A program made the position numbers and the translations under genes. From Macrostomum hystrix (taxonomy: Eukaryota > Animalia > Platyhelminthes): DNA of 64,000 bases. The notes under the pieces were generated by a model. That model saw nothing but the letters and a program-made list of their open reading frames with translations, was not told the DNA's origin and ran no database searches. The DNA lies in assembly GCA_950097015.1 (NCBI GenBank), contig CATNEN010000005.1, positions 5,580,001-5,644,000 on the forward strand. Reading direction: 5' to 3'. Below are positions 11,546 through 23,379 of the stretch, piece by piece. Position 1 is the first letter of the stretch. Each line of letters starts with the position of its first letter.

Positions 11546-12278
11546 TAAGACACTTACGTGCCTACTGACAGTAGTAGCGGGGTGTCTCGAGAATCGAGGG
11601 GAAAAAATAATAAAAATTACCTACAACATACTGTACAGAACCCTAAGAAGAATTCCGCTAGAGAAGAAATCCCAACGCGTACATACGTACGTATGCTATA
11701 AATAGATTGGTGCGAGAGTATAGAATGGTCGGCGCCCCTAGTGATTACGATATAGCGTCCTATGGCGGTGGGTGCGCATTCCGGCCGCGGCGAATAGAGT
11801 TCCTCGATGCCCAGGGGTGTGCCTTGTCCTGGCTCGCCTTCTTCTCCAGGTGGTTGCAGCTGTGCCCATCTTCTCCTGCCCGGCTTGGTCTCGGTTGCGC
11901 AATCCTGGGTGCCCCGGCCGTCTTTCCTTGAGTCCGAGGGGTCCGGCCGTGCTCTCGCCAGGTGGTTCCAGGTTGGTTGACCCGTCTGCGTCCTCACCGA
12001 TCCTGTTGCCGGGCGTTGGTAGCCTCTGATTTGCCGCGCGCTCCAGGTGTTTCCGGCTGGCCGTGCCCGAGAATGCTCGCCGGGCCAGTTGCCTAGCCGT
12101 TGCGCGCGGCCCAATCGGCGCTGCAGCTGGTCGCAGCTGGGGAAACCGCTGCTCAGGCCGCTTGTGATGCTGTTGCCGGCCGAGGTGTCTCCTCACCGTA
12201 AAGGTCAGGGCCCCAACAACTAAACTGTCACTAGGGTCCCCCTATGCTGGAATTTCCCACATTCCCAACTGTCTTCCT

Positions 12279-12326
12279 ATTGGCTGGCGCTCCCGCCACT
12301 TTACCCTCTAAACTAAGTGCTATAAA
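12279..12326 (+). promoter_or_regulatory. Internal antisense promoter (inverted CCAAT, GC-rich box, TATA)
   Basis: ATTGG 12279 and TATAAA 12321; same arrangement at 44835-44883 and ~25570-25620. Confidence 0.7.
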
Positions 12327-12448
12327 GACAGCCACTTGACGCCCCATTAACTCAAGCCTGTTATCTCCAAACAACTAATTTTCCCGAGTGCCATTTTGGC
12401 TTTTATTCCTTGCCGGCCTACACTGAATTTCAACAGCCTACAGTCAAG

Positions 12449-13247
12449 ATGCTAGTGACCGCTCAGCCCAATACGCCCATCCTGGAGGCCGAAACTACCG
12501 TTCAGCCGCAGCCTGTTGAGGGAAGGTGAGTTATTTATGCTTCTACTCGGCCTCCCAAGGCCGGTTATTGAGGGGTTATTACGAGGTTAGTTGCATATCA
12601 ATTAGGCCTAAGTGAACATCAAATATGATCCCCGGCACACCCAACTCGCTTCCATCTACAATTGGTTCCTACCCGGGCCCAGATGCCCTCGCCCCGTTGT
12701 TAACTAACGAAACCCTGCTGGCAGTTTTAATTAGAGTGAGATTGGATTTTAATTTCGTAAATATTGCATGCGCTGGTGGTCATCACTATTGACAACTCAT
12801 AAGTTTTTCGCCCCCCCTACTTTTTAGAGATCATGTGCTGCAACCCGGCCCGAAAATTACGATCGCAATCTGTAAGTCGCCGCAGCTTTGTTCCTACAAC
12901 TCACCCTTAATTAGCCACCCGTTGGCATTCCCGCCCGTAGGATCCACCGTTGGAAAGAAAAACTCCCCGGAATAAAATCCGCTAAATCCCTACATCTGCG
13001 CCGCCCCCCTAAGGCCGCGGCCATAGTTACCTGATTACCATCCCTGATATATTATTCTACTTTATCCTACTGTTCTATTCTTAACCTAAAACTCCGTTCT
13101 CCCGCCACAGCTCTGGAACTGGCACCCGGCCAAGAGGCGGCCTTCGGCGCCATGCTGGGAGACCTGTTATTCGGCCCGAGCGGCCTCGCCATGGCGGCCG
13201 GCCTTCTGACCGCCGCAGGAATATTGTGGATGGCCCGCCGACGCTAG
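12449..13247 (+). CDS. Three-exon small protein with a C-terminal hydrophobic segment, 85 aa (exons 12449-12525, 12828-12871, 13111-13247)
   Basis: GT-AG introns in phases 2 then 1 give an open frame ending ...GLAMAAGLLTAAGILWMARRR. AATAAA at 13404. Same structure in A2. Confidence 0.8.
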
Positions 13248-14319
13248 TTGGGCCCGGAAAGTGGGAGCCCCACCGACATCCAAACTCAAGAGGCTAACAA
13301 TCGCCCAGCGCCAGTCAGGTGCTATTGTAAATACTGTACACATTCTGCTGCATGCCTTTTTTTTCTCCTTTTCCGCTATTTGTTACGTATTCGCATTTAA
13401 TCAAATAAATATTCAGGCCGTCCGAGTCGTGTGTGATACCTACGCAATCCTAGTTGTTAAATTCTTCCCTTCTTTCTCAAAAGGACTTATGCTATTCATA
13501 CTAAGCGAAACTCCAATTTGAAATGACAGCCCGTTCCCCCGAGCCTGCCCACTAAAGTTCGCTTCCTTACTAATAGTAAGTTTTTAATCTGGCCCGAAAA
13601 CACATAACATTGTTCTTACTTAGGTGCCCGCAGTTCCATTGACTCATCCTAGTTGTAAACATCCATGTTCCCTGGCTAAGTGTCCCTTCCTTCTCCGCGC
13701 ATTTCCCTGAGAAAAGAAGCCACCATTTGAAATCTGCCATCCCCCGAGCCAATGAGAACGCTTCCCTTAAGTCCTATTATATGCCCGATCGGTTCCTTGA
13801 TTTACGACTGCCCTCAGTAAACATAGAAGTTCCCAACATACCACCCCGCTCACTTTAGCGGGTTGGTATCCTTCCTAGAGTAGAAATTGTCCCGAGGTGA
13901 ACCCCACAGACCCACACGAAGCAAAAAGATAAGGAAGGGTGCCATTCATAATGCGGTGCGAATAATGTTAAATGTTTGAGAAGAAGAAGGTGCACTTCCT
14001 AGTTTGCTACAATTATTGAAAACATCCCATGCGAAACCTTACAAGGGGAATTTCACCCCATTACGTATGTTTTTGTGATTTTGGCTAGATTATAATAAAT
14101 TTTTTAAGTGGATTTTTTGGCGCCAAGATGGCCTCTTCGTTTGAAAAAGGAAGAATGCACAATAGGGGAGAAAAAGCAAAAGGTGCGCTGTGCGAATCAT
14201 TACTAGAGGGCAAGAGGGAGGAAAGAAAAATGGGGGAAAGATCGGTGGGCGGGGACCTATTGTAACAATGTCTCGTTGGAGGCTACCCCGATATTCGGGC
14301 CCTGAGTTTCTCTACCTAC

Positions 14320-14901
14320 CTAATCTTCCCTGATAGCTGTACTTTCCGCTAAGACCCCACTCACCTCCTCGTCCTCCTCGTCCTCCATCTGCATCACCAT
14401 GCGGCCCAGCGTGCTGTCCCCAGGCGGTGGCTCCTCGGCGATGCGATGCCCGTGGAGCCATCCTCGCTAGTCCGGATCCTCCGCTGACCGCAGGGTGATC
14501 TCTGGCATCCCGATCCGGCGCATGACGAGCTGATGCTCCAGCTCCGCTTCTCCAGGAATCCTCTTGGCCTGTAGCCAGGATGCAAGCTCATCGGGGACGG
14601 CGATACTCCAATCCTCCGGCGGGCAGTACTCCATCCACCGCAGGTTCAAGGGGAGGTCTGCTTCGTCTTCTCCCCTAGGCGGTAGAGGATCCCTCTCTTC
14701 ACACCACGCCTGGGCCAGCCACCTAGACTCGGCCAGCTGGCAGGCAAGGGCGAGGTCGACACCTGCTTGGGCCGCGCGTCCCAACATGGGCAGCAACCAC
14801 AGGCGGACCATCAGCCAGGTCCTCCTTCCTGCTAAATCGCGGCGATAATCCGTAGCGGCCACTTCCAGCCACCACGCCAGAACGGTTCCAGAACTAGACA
14901 T
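14320..14901 (-). pseudogene. Family A ORF3 (193 codons) with a premature TAG at 14467-14469
   Basis: Same length as, and highly similar to, 47049-47630; a W codon is replaced by a stop. Confidence 0.85.
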
Positions 14902-15053
14902 GCCTTCCGCTAGAAATGAAATATCTATCCTAAGAATGAAATGAATGTCTCCCACTACACTTGCGGCTCTCCCTCTAAATAGTATCAAGGGGGGAGAAGG
15001 GGGGAAAGAGAAGGGGAGGGGGGAAAAATGGGAAGGGAGGAAGTTCCTCGATC

Positions 15054-15619
15054 CTAAAGAGCAGGCCTCCGCCTGAGCGAGAAAGGGATAGATTGGCTGT
15101 AGATAATTAGATTTCGCGAGTCAAAATCGAGAATGGCGTGATGGTGAGCCAACCAGGAAGCGCCTAGCAGGGGAGAGCAGTCGCCCTCGACCACTAGGAA
15201 TAGAGTGTCCAGTGCTTCGGCGCCAACCTGTAATTTGATCCTGACTTGCGCGAGTGCAACAATTGGTGTGCCATTGTAAGCAATTAGTGAAAATTGAGGG
15301 GGTTCGAATGGAAACTGTCGGATGATTGATGATAGCGAGTCCGGGAGCACATTTGATCATAGATCCATAGGACCATAGATCCAGTGTCGATCAACAGGTC
15401 AAGGGGTGCCCCGTCCACCTCCAAGGCGACCCACACCTCACTGAGCTTCTCAGAGCGGTTGGGGCGGGTGCGCACTCGGGTGGGGACTCGGCCGAGTGAG
15501 TTCACTCGGACTTCTCGTTGGGCGGAGGCAGCGGGTGCCGCCGCTCCGATTGTCGGGCCGCTGGCTGGGTCGCGGAGCCGCTGGCCTGCCTCCAATTGGC
15601 GGCCCCGCTCCCGTTTCCC
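15054..15619 (-). pseudogene. Retropepsin protease of A1, frameshifted
   Basis: LLIDTGS...LLGASWL; a 17-bp insertion follows the DTG motif; slippery G GGA AAC at 15613-15619. Confidence 0.88.
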
Positions 15620-16490
15620 ATCGCCTGCTCTGCGCCAGCCTCCCTAGCAGCTCCCTTCTCCGCGCGCTTTGGGTGCCATTGATGCCAATTCGGATGCGGG
15701 CAGAGAGGGGGAATGGGGTTAGGCCTGACTTCTAGCAGCTGCTGAGCGATCTCGGCTAGCTGTTGGGTCACTCTAGCCAACTCTTCTGCGAGCTGGTGCG
15801 GCTGCCCTGGCTGGCTCTGTTCTTCCTCAGGTTCTGCCCTACTTGGCGCACCCGTCGGCGAGGGTCGCGCTCAGCGGCCATCTCAAAGGCCTGCGTGGCG
15901 GCTCGCAGTTCGGCTGCGGCGTCCTCTGCCGTGGCGAATTCCAGTCTCATGACCGGCGCCAGGACCTCCGGGGCGGCTACGATTCCCTCCATAAAGGAAG
16001 CCAAAAGGGCCCGCTCAAAGTGCACGCCGCGGCCATTAGGGGTGGCCTGCAGAGCGGCGGTTCTCAGTCGGTCCGCGAAGGAGGTGTAGGTCTCCCCACG
16101 CTCCTGCTTCAGGAGCCGGGCGTAAGGGGTGCAGGTACCACTGAGACTCTCGGTCAGGTCCTGCACAAACCCTGCATGGGTCCCACCACGGGGCAGACCC
16201 ATCGCCTCGGTGAGGGGTTCGCCACACAAATGGGCCAAAAGGGTAAGGATCTTTTCTTCATCCGCCTCCAGGCCCTCCGCTTACAGTTTCAGGTCGAAAC
16301 GGCGCAGCCAGAGGGGGAACGAATCCTTTCGGGATTCGTAGGGTTCAATGGCGACTTTAACCCGATGATTACGGGGTCGCCGCAGGTCGATGCGCTCTAA
16401 AAGTAGCGCCAAACGCTCTAAGGGGTCGGCGTGCTGAGCTGCAGCAGCCGCTGGGGGTTCGGCGCGCGCCCTGAAAGCAGGCCCTGCATG
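15502..16490 (-). pseudogene. gag of A1
   Basis: Homologous to 48208-49245. The start was lost in a ~0.9-kb deletion; there is an in-frame TAA at 16281 and a frameshift near 15840. Confidence 0.88.
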
Positions 16491-16961
16491 CTGCCCAAGA
16501 GAACCAATCCCCGGTGCTCGGCGAGTCATCGATTCCCGGCTGCATTGCCGGGGGCTCCCCTCGCTCGGTTAGAAGGCCGTAAGGCATTGCCTGGTCCCTC
16601 GTTAAGAATGGCCCCTCCCAGAATAGTCACGCGGGAAACGCCACAGACAGTCCCTGACTCCTACAGCAGCCACATAACCCGAAGACACTCTAGCATGAAG
16701 TCCGCTCACACAGCCTACTCATAGTAGAAAGTCACTTATCAAAATTTTGGAAATTCTAACAAAAACTAAATTAAATTGAAATCAAATTGCAACTGTTCGG
16801 AAATTAATTGACAGTCACTAGAACTGAGATTCACTATTTAGAGATAAGATTTCGGCATACGGAAAATGAAATCTAGAAGGAGCCCTTTCGGCTAGCTACC
16901 ACAGAAATCTGCGGCGCTAAACTAACAATTGAAATTCAAGTTCGTTTCGCGCCCTTTCTAG

Positions 16962-16981
16962 ATCCCACCCCGGTGCCACCA
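16962..16981 (-). promoter_or_regulatory. PBS of A1, variant of a tRNA-Leu PBS
   Basis: TGGTGGCACCGGGGTGGGAT, 2 nt after the LTR CA. Confidence 0.8.
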
Positions 16982-16983
16982 TT

Positions 16984-19314
16984 TGAAATGGTTAGGGCTT
17001 TTGCAAGCCGATGACCGCCCTCATGAAAAGATAGGAGTGTGGAAAACGACGGTAGAGTCGAAAGGTCGATCGCGCTGCTGCCGCGAGTTGTCGCGGAGAG
17101 GGATGAGATGAAGGGAGGGATGAAGGGAGAGATGAAGGGTGAGATGAGGCGGTACAAAGGATGCAAGGAGCGGTCCTATTGGCCTCAGGCTGGCCAGTTC
17201 CACTCGTCCCATAGGCCACAGGCATGACTGCCGTGCCTACCCCTAGCAATGCTCGAACCCGGCTAAAAGTCTAAAGTGAGGCATCGGACTATCCGTAGAC
17301 AGATAGGACAGGGCTAGAGAGCCTACTGTCGTCAGTAGCATGTAAATAACCGACTCCTAACCTTGGTAGCGGTGGTCGAAACGGCCCAGGCTCTTGTCAC
17401 AGAAATGCGGAAAGGCTATTGGCAAAGCGGAAAAAGATCTCGGGTAGCGCCACCACCCAATGCGCCTACGTTGCCACCGCAGACATTTGGGAACTTGGGT
17501 CCCCGGAGTACACAGCTCCCAGTTCATCACACAGATCTAGACAAGCCGAAAAATAGGGCATTCTGCAACTTCCGTTTTAGACTGGGGTGAGAGCCCCAGA
17601 ATGGATCGAGACACGCCTCAACAGGGGATTCCTGAATTCGCGCTACAGGGGTCTAGAAAGGTGGTACTGAGAACTCGAATGAAAATCCATAGCCGGAATC
17701 CTACTCATGAAACATCAGACACATTCCGTACATTAGATTGCAGCCTACACATTAGGTAACTAACAAATCCGAATCTGTGTGAGATGAGGAAATCAGAGGC
17801 AGGAGAGATTAAGCAGAACACTGGCTGAGTGATTACGCAAGCGAAAGACTATTTAGACCTCGCTCCCGCCCCTGTGGCGGTAGTTGCGAGAGGAGGGGGG
17901 AAAGAAGGGGAACTCCATTGGCAAGGGAGTTTGACACGTACCCCTTTGATCTGCCGGGGAGAGAGAGAAGCCCGCCAAGGAATCCCCCGCACCCCAGCAG
18001 AGGTGCACATGCTACGCTCCGCATCTGCCCGCGAATCCCTAGCTCCATATTACTCTTGTGCGCGCTCACAGTTGTCTTCCTGCCGCAGCCTTCAGCTCGG
18101 CATCACCAGAGCCCACCCCCTAGGAGATTAGCCACTCATCTCTGAGGGCTGTCTAATAGATAAAATAAACATAGAGAATAAAGCAGAGTGAGTTTAAATT
18201 GTTATTAAAGATTTGCCTATGGTTAAAGATTTGGCGATAGTGCTAATTTATTAAGCCAAACAGTCCAAATGCCCTTTCCCCACTAAAGTGCCGCCTAATT
18301 AAAGAAAAGTCCCTTAGGACTAACAATTACAAACCGCTGCGCGGGTTACTTATCTGGATGCTGATTCGGCCGCGTGCTGCAATCCTGTAGCTCTCGGGGA
18401 AGGGATAGGGCAAAACAGCAAGGCAGAGAAGGGGAAACTGCTGCGAGTTGGCAGGGGCCAACACACTGGGAGCACAGTGGCTCAATTTAGAGCTCACCTA
18501 AAGAGGTGGCTTGCGCTTAGGGGAATGGAAACAGGCAATGGGCCTGTACTAGCTGCACGGAGCTCAAGCTCAAGGGTCTAAGCCCTACTTGGGTCCGGAA
18601 AGTGCTGTGGGTCCGGTGGGAGTCCGGCCCGGCAAAGAGATAGGTCCGGGGAAAAGGTAAGGTAAGGGGAAGGGTTCTTCTAAGGGCAGCGCAGCGCGCT
18701 TCCTTAAATAGTCTTGCAGCACGCCAACCCCGACATCCATCAAAATAACCCACATTCGCGCCCGCCTGTCAACGGGGAATCGAAGCGGCGATGGCCGCCC
18801 CGATTACCCAATGAACCGACGGCGAGAACCGACAGATGCTCCTCGAGAGCAGCCGCCGGCAGACGGCCAATAATTGTTACTCCGCCGGGACAATGGGAAG
18901 CGCAGGCGCCGACCTGCCTACAGTGACATTTACATGTATCTAAAGGAGGGAGGTCATAAAGTCGAGCTGGGCTCGAATACTGTAAAGAAGTGGGGACATG
19001 AAGAATTAATGATCACTCATAATGCCCGAGTGATTCCCAATATCTGATCGCGGTTTGGAGGAGAATTATGACCTAAACTACTCATACAATAAAAGCTATG
19101 GCCGCGATCAGTCATTCCTACAGGGGTCTAGACAGATCCAGGGAGAAGGGATTCGACGGCTACTTAATTCACCGCCGCCCAAAACCCGGCCCTAAGATTA
19201 ATGATCGTGTTTGCGGCCAGCTGCTATGTGGGTCGCAATAATTAGATACTTAAAAATTTGAAAAATTATGCTGGCTCACATTTCCACTCGATTCCCGCAG
19301 CACACTCCACATCA
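16984..19314 (-). repeat. 5' LTR of A1 (2331 bp)
   Basis: Uninterrupted TG...CA copy flanked by the PBS and the satellite. Confidence 0.93.
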
Positions 19315-19798
19315 CATGATTCAAACTCTGGTGTAGCCATGATTTAGTCTCTGGTTTAGCCATGATTCAGACTCTGGTTTAGCCATGATTCAAACTCTGG
19401 TTTTGCCATGATTAAGACTCTGGTTTAGCCATGATTCAGACTCTAGTTTAGCCATGATTGAAACACTGGTTTTGCCATGATTCAGACTCTGGTTTAGCCA
19501 TGATTCAAACTCTAGTTTAGCCATGCTGATGATGATGGTTTAGCCATGATTCCGACTCTGGTTTAGCCATGATTCAAACTCTGGTGTAGCCATGATTTAG
19601 TCTCTGGTTTTGCCATGATTCAAACTCTAGTTTAGCCATGATTCAGACTATGGTTTTGCTATGATTCGAACTCTGGTTTAGCCTTGATTCAGACTCTGGT
19701 TTAGCCATGATTCAGACGCTGGTTTAGCCATGATTCAAACTCTGGTTTAGCCATGATTCAGACTCTGGTTTAGCCATGATTCAAACTCTGGTTTAGCC
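19315..19798. repeat. 23-bp satellite, continued
   Basis: About 20 tandem units of the repeat at 1-138. Confidence 0.95.
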
Positions 19799-19799
19799 G

Positions 19800-20790
19800 G
19801 TGTGCTATGATTTATGATATTTTATTTACGAAATGAAAAATATATATTAAAATAGTCTTCAATCACTACTGGCTGAAAATTAGTCTAAATGATTTGACGC
19901 AGTGCAGAATCGAACCCTAGCCTAGCCTAACCTATTCCTAGTGCCTACACATCGGCTATTCCGACTGTTGGTTAGTGGGTGCAGAAATCAGCCTTATAAA
20001 ATGAATTCTCAAAGTTCTGGCTTTGTACAATGAAGTAAGAAAATAGAGTACACTCAGTCTCGCGGTTGGTTGTGTACATTTATTTCCAATTTGTCTCCAG
20101 AGTGCAGGCTTCAAATTCAATCAGCTAGGGGTTGTTGCGCAATTTGACGATGCAATTCTAATTCAGTGGCATTGAGTAAAATTGAGTAAAATTCTCAATA
20201 GGCCAATATAGTTTGACCTTTGAAAAAATCATGTTTTTCGAATATTTAATCCCTTTAGCAATAAAGTTAAGCTTAATAAAAATACGTGTATAATTGTCCC
20301 CATATTTAGCATCTTTTGGTGAAGAAATGGTGAAAATCGGTTGAGCCGTTCGGGAGAAAATCAATTACAAGCAAGCAACCAAGAAAGCAAGCATTTCATT
20401 TTTAGTATAGTGGACTAGCAAGTTTTGCCCCCCTTCGGGGAGCAGAAATATTATTAATTCGTCCAGTATATACTTTTTAGTAGCTATACGCTCGTATTTT
20501 CAGTTTTTTATAAGCAACAATGATACCCCAGTTGACAATGATCCCAAGTTGACAATGATCACACAGTTGACAATGATCCCCCAGTTGACAATGATCACCC
20601 AGTTGACAATGATCCCCCAGTCGATGATGATCACCCAGTTGACAATGATCCCCCAGTTGACAATTTTCCCCCAGTTGACAATGATCCCCCAGTCAACCAT
20701 GATCCCCTAGTTGACAATGATCCCCCAGTTGACAATGATCCCCCAGTTGACAGTTTTGCCTAGCAAGTTTTGCCCCCCTTCGGGGAGCAC
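19800..20790 (-). mobile_element. Non-autonomous Helitron termini, head-to-tail
   Basis: Minus-strand hairpin GCTCCCC-GAA-GGGGGGC plus CTAG at 20415-20418 and again at ~20760. The first is directly followed by the 5' end TCCACTATACTAAAAATG at 20414. Confidence 0.6.
20520..20755. repeat. 18-bp minisatellite (AGTTGACAATGATCCCCC)
   Basis: About 12 tandem units. Confidence 0.9.
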
Positions 20791-22017
20791 TACGGGTCAG
20801 ACAAAAAAATCTTGTGCAATGCAGAAGGACAAAACACACCTGAAAGCAAACAAAAGCGAAAACCTAATTCGTCAGTAATAATTTTCCTGATTGCGAATAT
20901 ACGTGATTGCGAATCAAAGAGAATTTGAATTCTCGCTAAATACAAAAATAGTCTTGGGGAGCCATATTCAGTACTCTAAAGTGAAAATACTACGATAATG
21001 TTCTCTACGAGAACAATACGATTTTAATCGTATTTAAAATAGGAATTTTCTGGAGATCGTTAATAACGCATTTTAGGTAAAACAAAACTATTAACTTTTT
21101 TACGGTTTCTTTGTTTAGAGCCTTTTATATGTCAACGTTTTTGATAAAATTATTTTACTAATTTTATACATAAAATTGTTCAGAGCACTTTTTTAGTTGT
21201 TACTGAAAATGAAATTAAATTTTATTCCAAGAAATTCCCATTATCCGCGAAATGACTTGCTTTTTTCCGATTTTCTTGTTGCTTGTATTGCTTATGTGTA
21301 CTACAGTTTTATACACATCCAGACAAATTTTTTACTTTCTTCATTTGTAAGTGAATTTCTAAGCCCTGCTCATCGTACTAACTGCGACTGCAATGTTCCG
21401 AACAATAAGTAGCTCAGCATTGCAACTATTGCTCTTGAATGAGGCCCCTCTTATTATAATAAATGACTTAAAAAGTCAGTTCAATGCAGCTATCTCATTG
21501 TGAATGGACTCTGCAAAAGCAACTGGAGCTACATCCTTCGACCTTTGGTTTGACGCTTTTAATAAAGCTAACACTGGCTATATATAGCTATGATATATGA
21601 TACAAATAGGCCCCTATTGAATAGGACCTAATGTAGAACTTCTGCTGTACTGATCTTGAAAATCGGCCAACATTTTGGGATTGAGCTGTTGATAGGTCTA
21701 TGTGGAAGTCTATTTTATGTGTAGTTGTCTCACTCTCACCTTGAAGCTAGTCTTACTATACTCAAGGCCCTATTTACTTTTGGCATGTTTGCAGATCGAC
21801 TTTTCATTCAATTAATTATTAATTATAAACAATTAATTTTATTACAGGGTAACAAGTCAACATTCAGTAAGTATTCTTAGGAAATAACAGTATGACTGTT
21901 GTGCATTTGCTTTGGCTAAGCCATAGACAACTGAAAGCACTAGTCTCACAGTTTTTATAAAGTAGCTCAGGCAGATAGTATAAAAAGAGAATGTGCACTT
22001 GTATATAACAAATTATA

Positions 22018-22929
22018 ATGTATGCAGAAACTAAAAACAGTGAAACATCGATATTAGAAGACTATAAAAGATTAACAATATATATTTTGGATATGTCATG
22101 TTCTATATGTTCCAAATTGTTTTGTTTTAAAGCTGAGAACAAGTTGCACCACAATGATCATTCAATTCTTGAAGAATTGCCTATAGACATGATAAATTGC
22201 TTTGTCTTAGACTCTATGCATTTGGTTTCCCTTGGAGTTACAAGGCGTCTTTTGTATTTCTGGCTAAGTATGGGACCACTCTCATGCCGACTGACTACGC
22301 GCGAGTTGAAAGAAATCAATGAAAATTTTTCTGCAATGTCCACTTCCATCTCTTCATTGATGTCTAGAAAACCACGGCCATTGTCAGATATAAAGAAGTT
22401 CAAAGCAACTGAGTTTCATACAATCCTAAAGTACACTGGAGTTGTTGCATTCCGATTTGTTTTTGATGCAAATGTTCTTAAGAACTTCTGTCTACTTCAT
22501 GTTGGTTTCGCAATTCTCAGTGGTCCACTGTTCCGAAAGTTTTATCGTTTAGCCTTTAAATGTTTAACTGAGTTTCTAGAAAATAGTAAAGCTCAATATT
22601 CGCCACGATTCTTCAGTTACAACCTGCACTGCCTTATTCATATCTGTGAGGACGTCTCTAATATGAATCTACCACTGAGTGAGATTGATGCCTATCCATT
22701 CGAGAACTTTTTTGTTCATCTAAAAAGTCAATTAAGTCTACCTATCTTCCGATCGAGCAAGTTAGCAATCGCTTCCGCGAGGGCTTTTTCAAATTTTGTC
22801 AAAAGAAATCTGAGATTGTGTTACCCATTCCATTTCGCCATCTACCTAGCTTTTTGCCCATCAGTGGTCATGCTTCCGAAGTTTTTCACAAGATTGCTGT
22901 TGGTGTCTTCATGCTGCATTCTGATTTAA
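22018..22929 (+). pseudogene. CACTA/EnSpm-like transposase, C-terminal fragment
   Basis: DSMHLVSLGV, RKPR, KATEF, NLHCLIH, YPFENF; paralogous to 34652-38317 and 53061-55252. Confidence 0.75.
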
Positions 22930-23379
22930 AGGATGCAATTCTTTTGGATGAAGGGTGTTATCATCAGTTTGTCGCTGCTGTCAATCCTACTCGTCCTTCT
23001 CTCCTAACACTAAATTTATCTCGAGAATGTCTGTCCGACGTCTACACTTATCCATGCAAGTCATCACTGATCGGAATTGTTGAACACAATGAGCCAGTTT
23101 TCGATATCATAAGTGGCCAAACTCCAGTTGGGATGAAGTTTTCCATACTTGACTTGCACGCAGTATCTTCGAAGTGTGTTTGCCTACCCTCGTGTAGGTC
23201 CCAAGGTGGCTATTGTTTCTTTCCGATGAAAGTCAAGTCTACAACCGATGACGTCTGTTTTTATTGCCAAAAAGCAAGTGAAACTAAATTATATTTGATT
23301 ATTTTCTTACTTTAGTGTATTGTTGGTGTTCCTATCTTATTTTTTCATTCTGTGCAGACTACACACCAGTTTACAATAA

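Larger units (their letters stand above)
164..19314 (-). mobile_element. Non-autonomous gypsy-like LTR element, family A copy 1; its 3' LTR is interrupted by element B and a LINE
   Basis: TG...CA LTRs at 164-2232 plus 11296-11522 and at 16984-19314. They keep a constant 16820-bp offset over the first 2 kb with about 3 substitutions seen. PBS, PPT, gag and protease remnants are present. Confidence 0.92.

Noticed and set aside
19315-19798. CRISPR-like array
   Set aside because: Contiguous 23-bp units with no unique spacers and no cas genes: a satellite.
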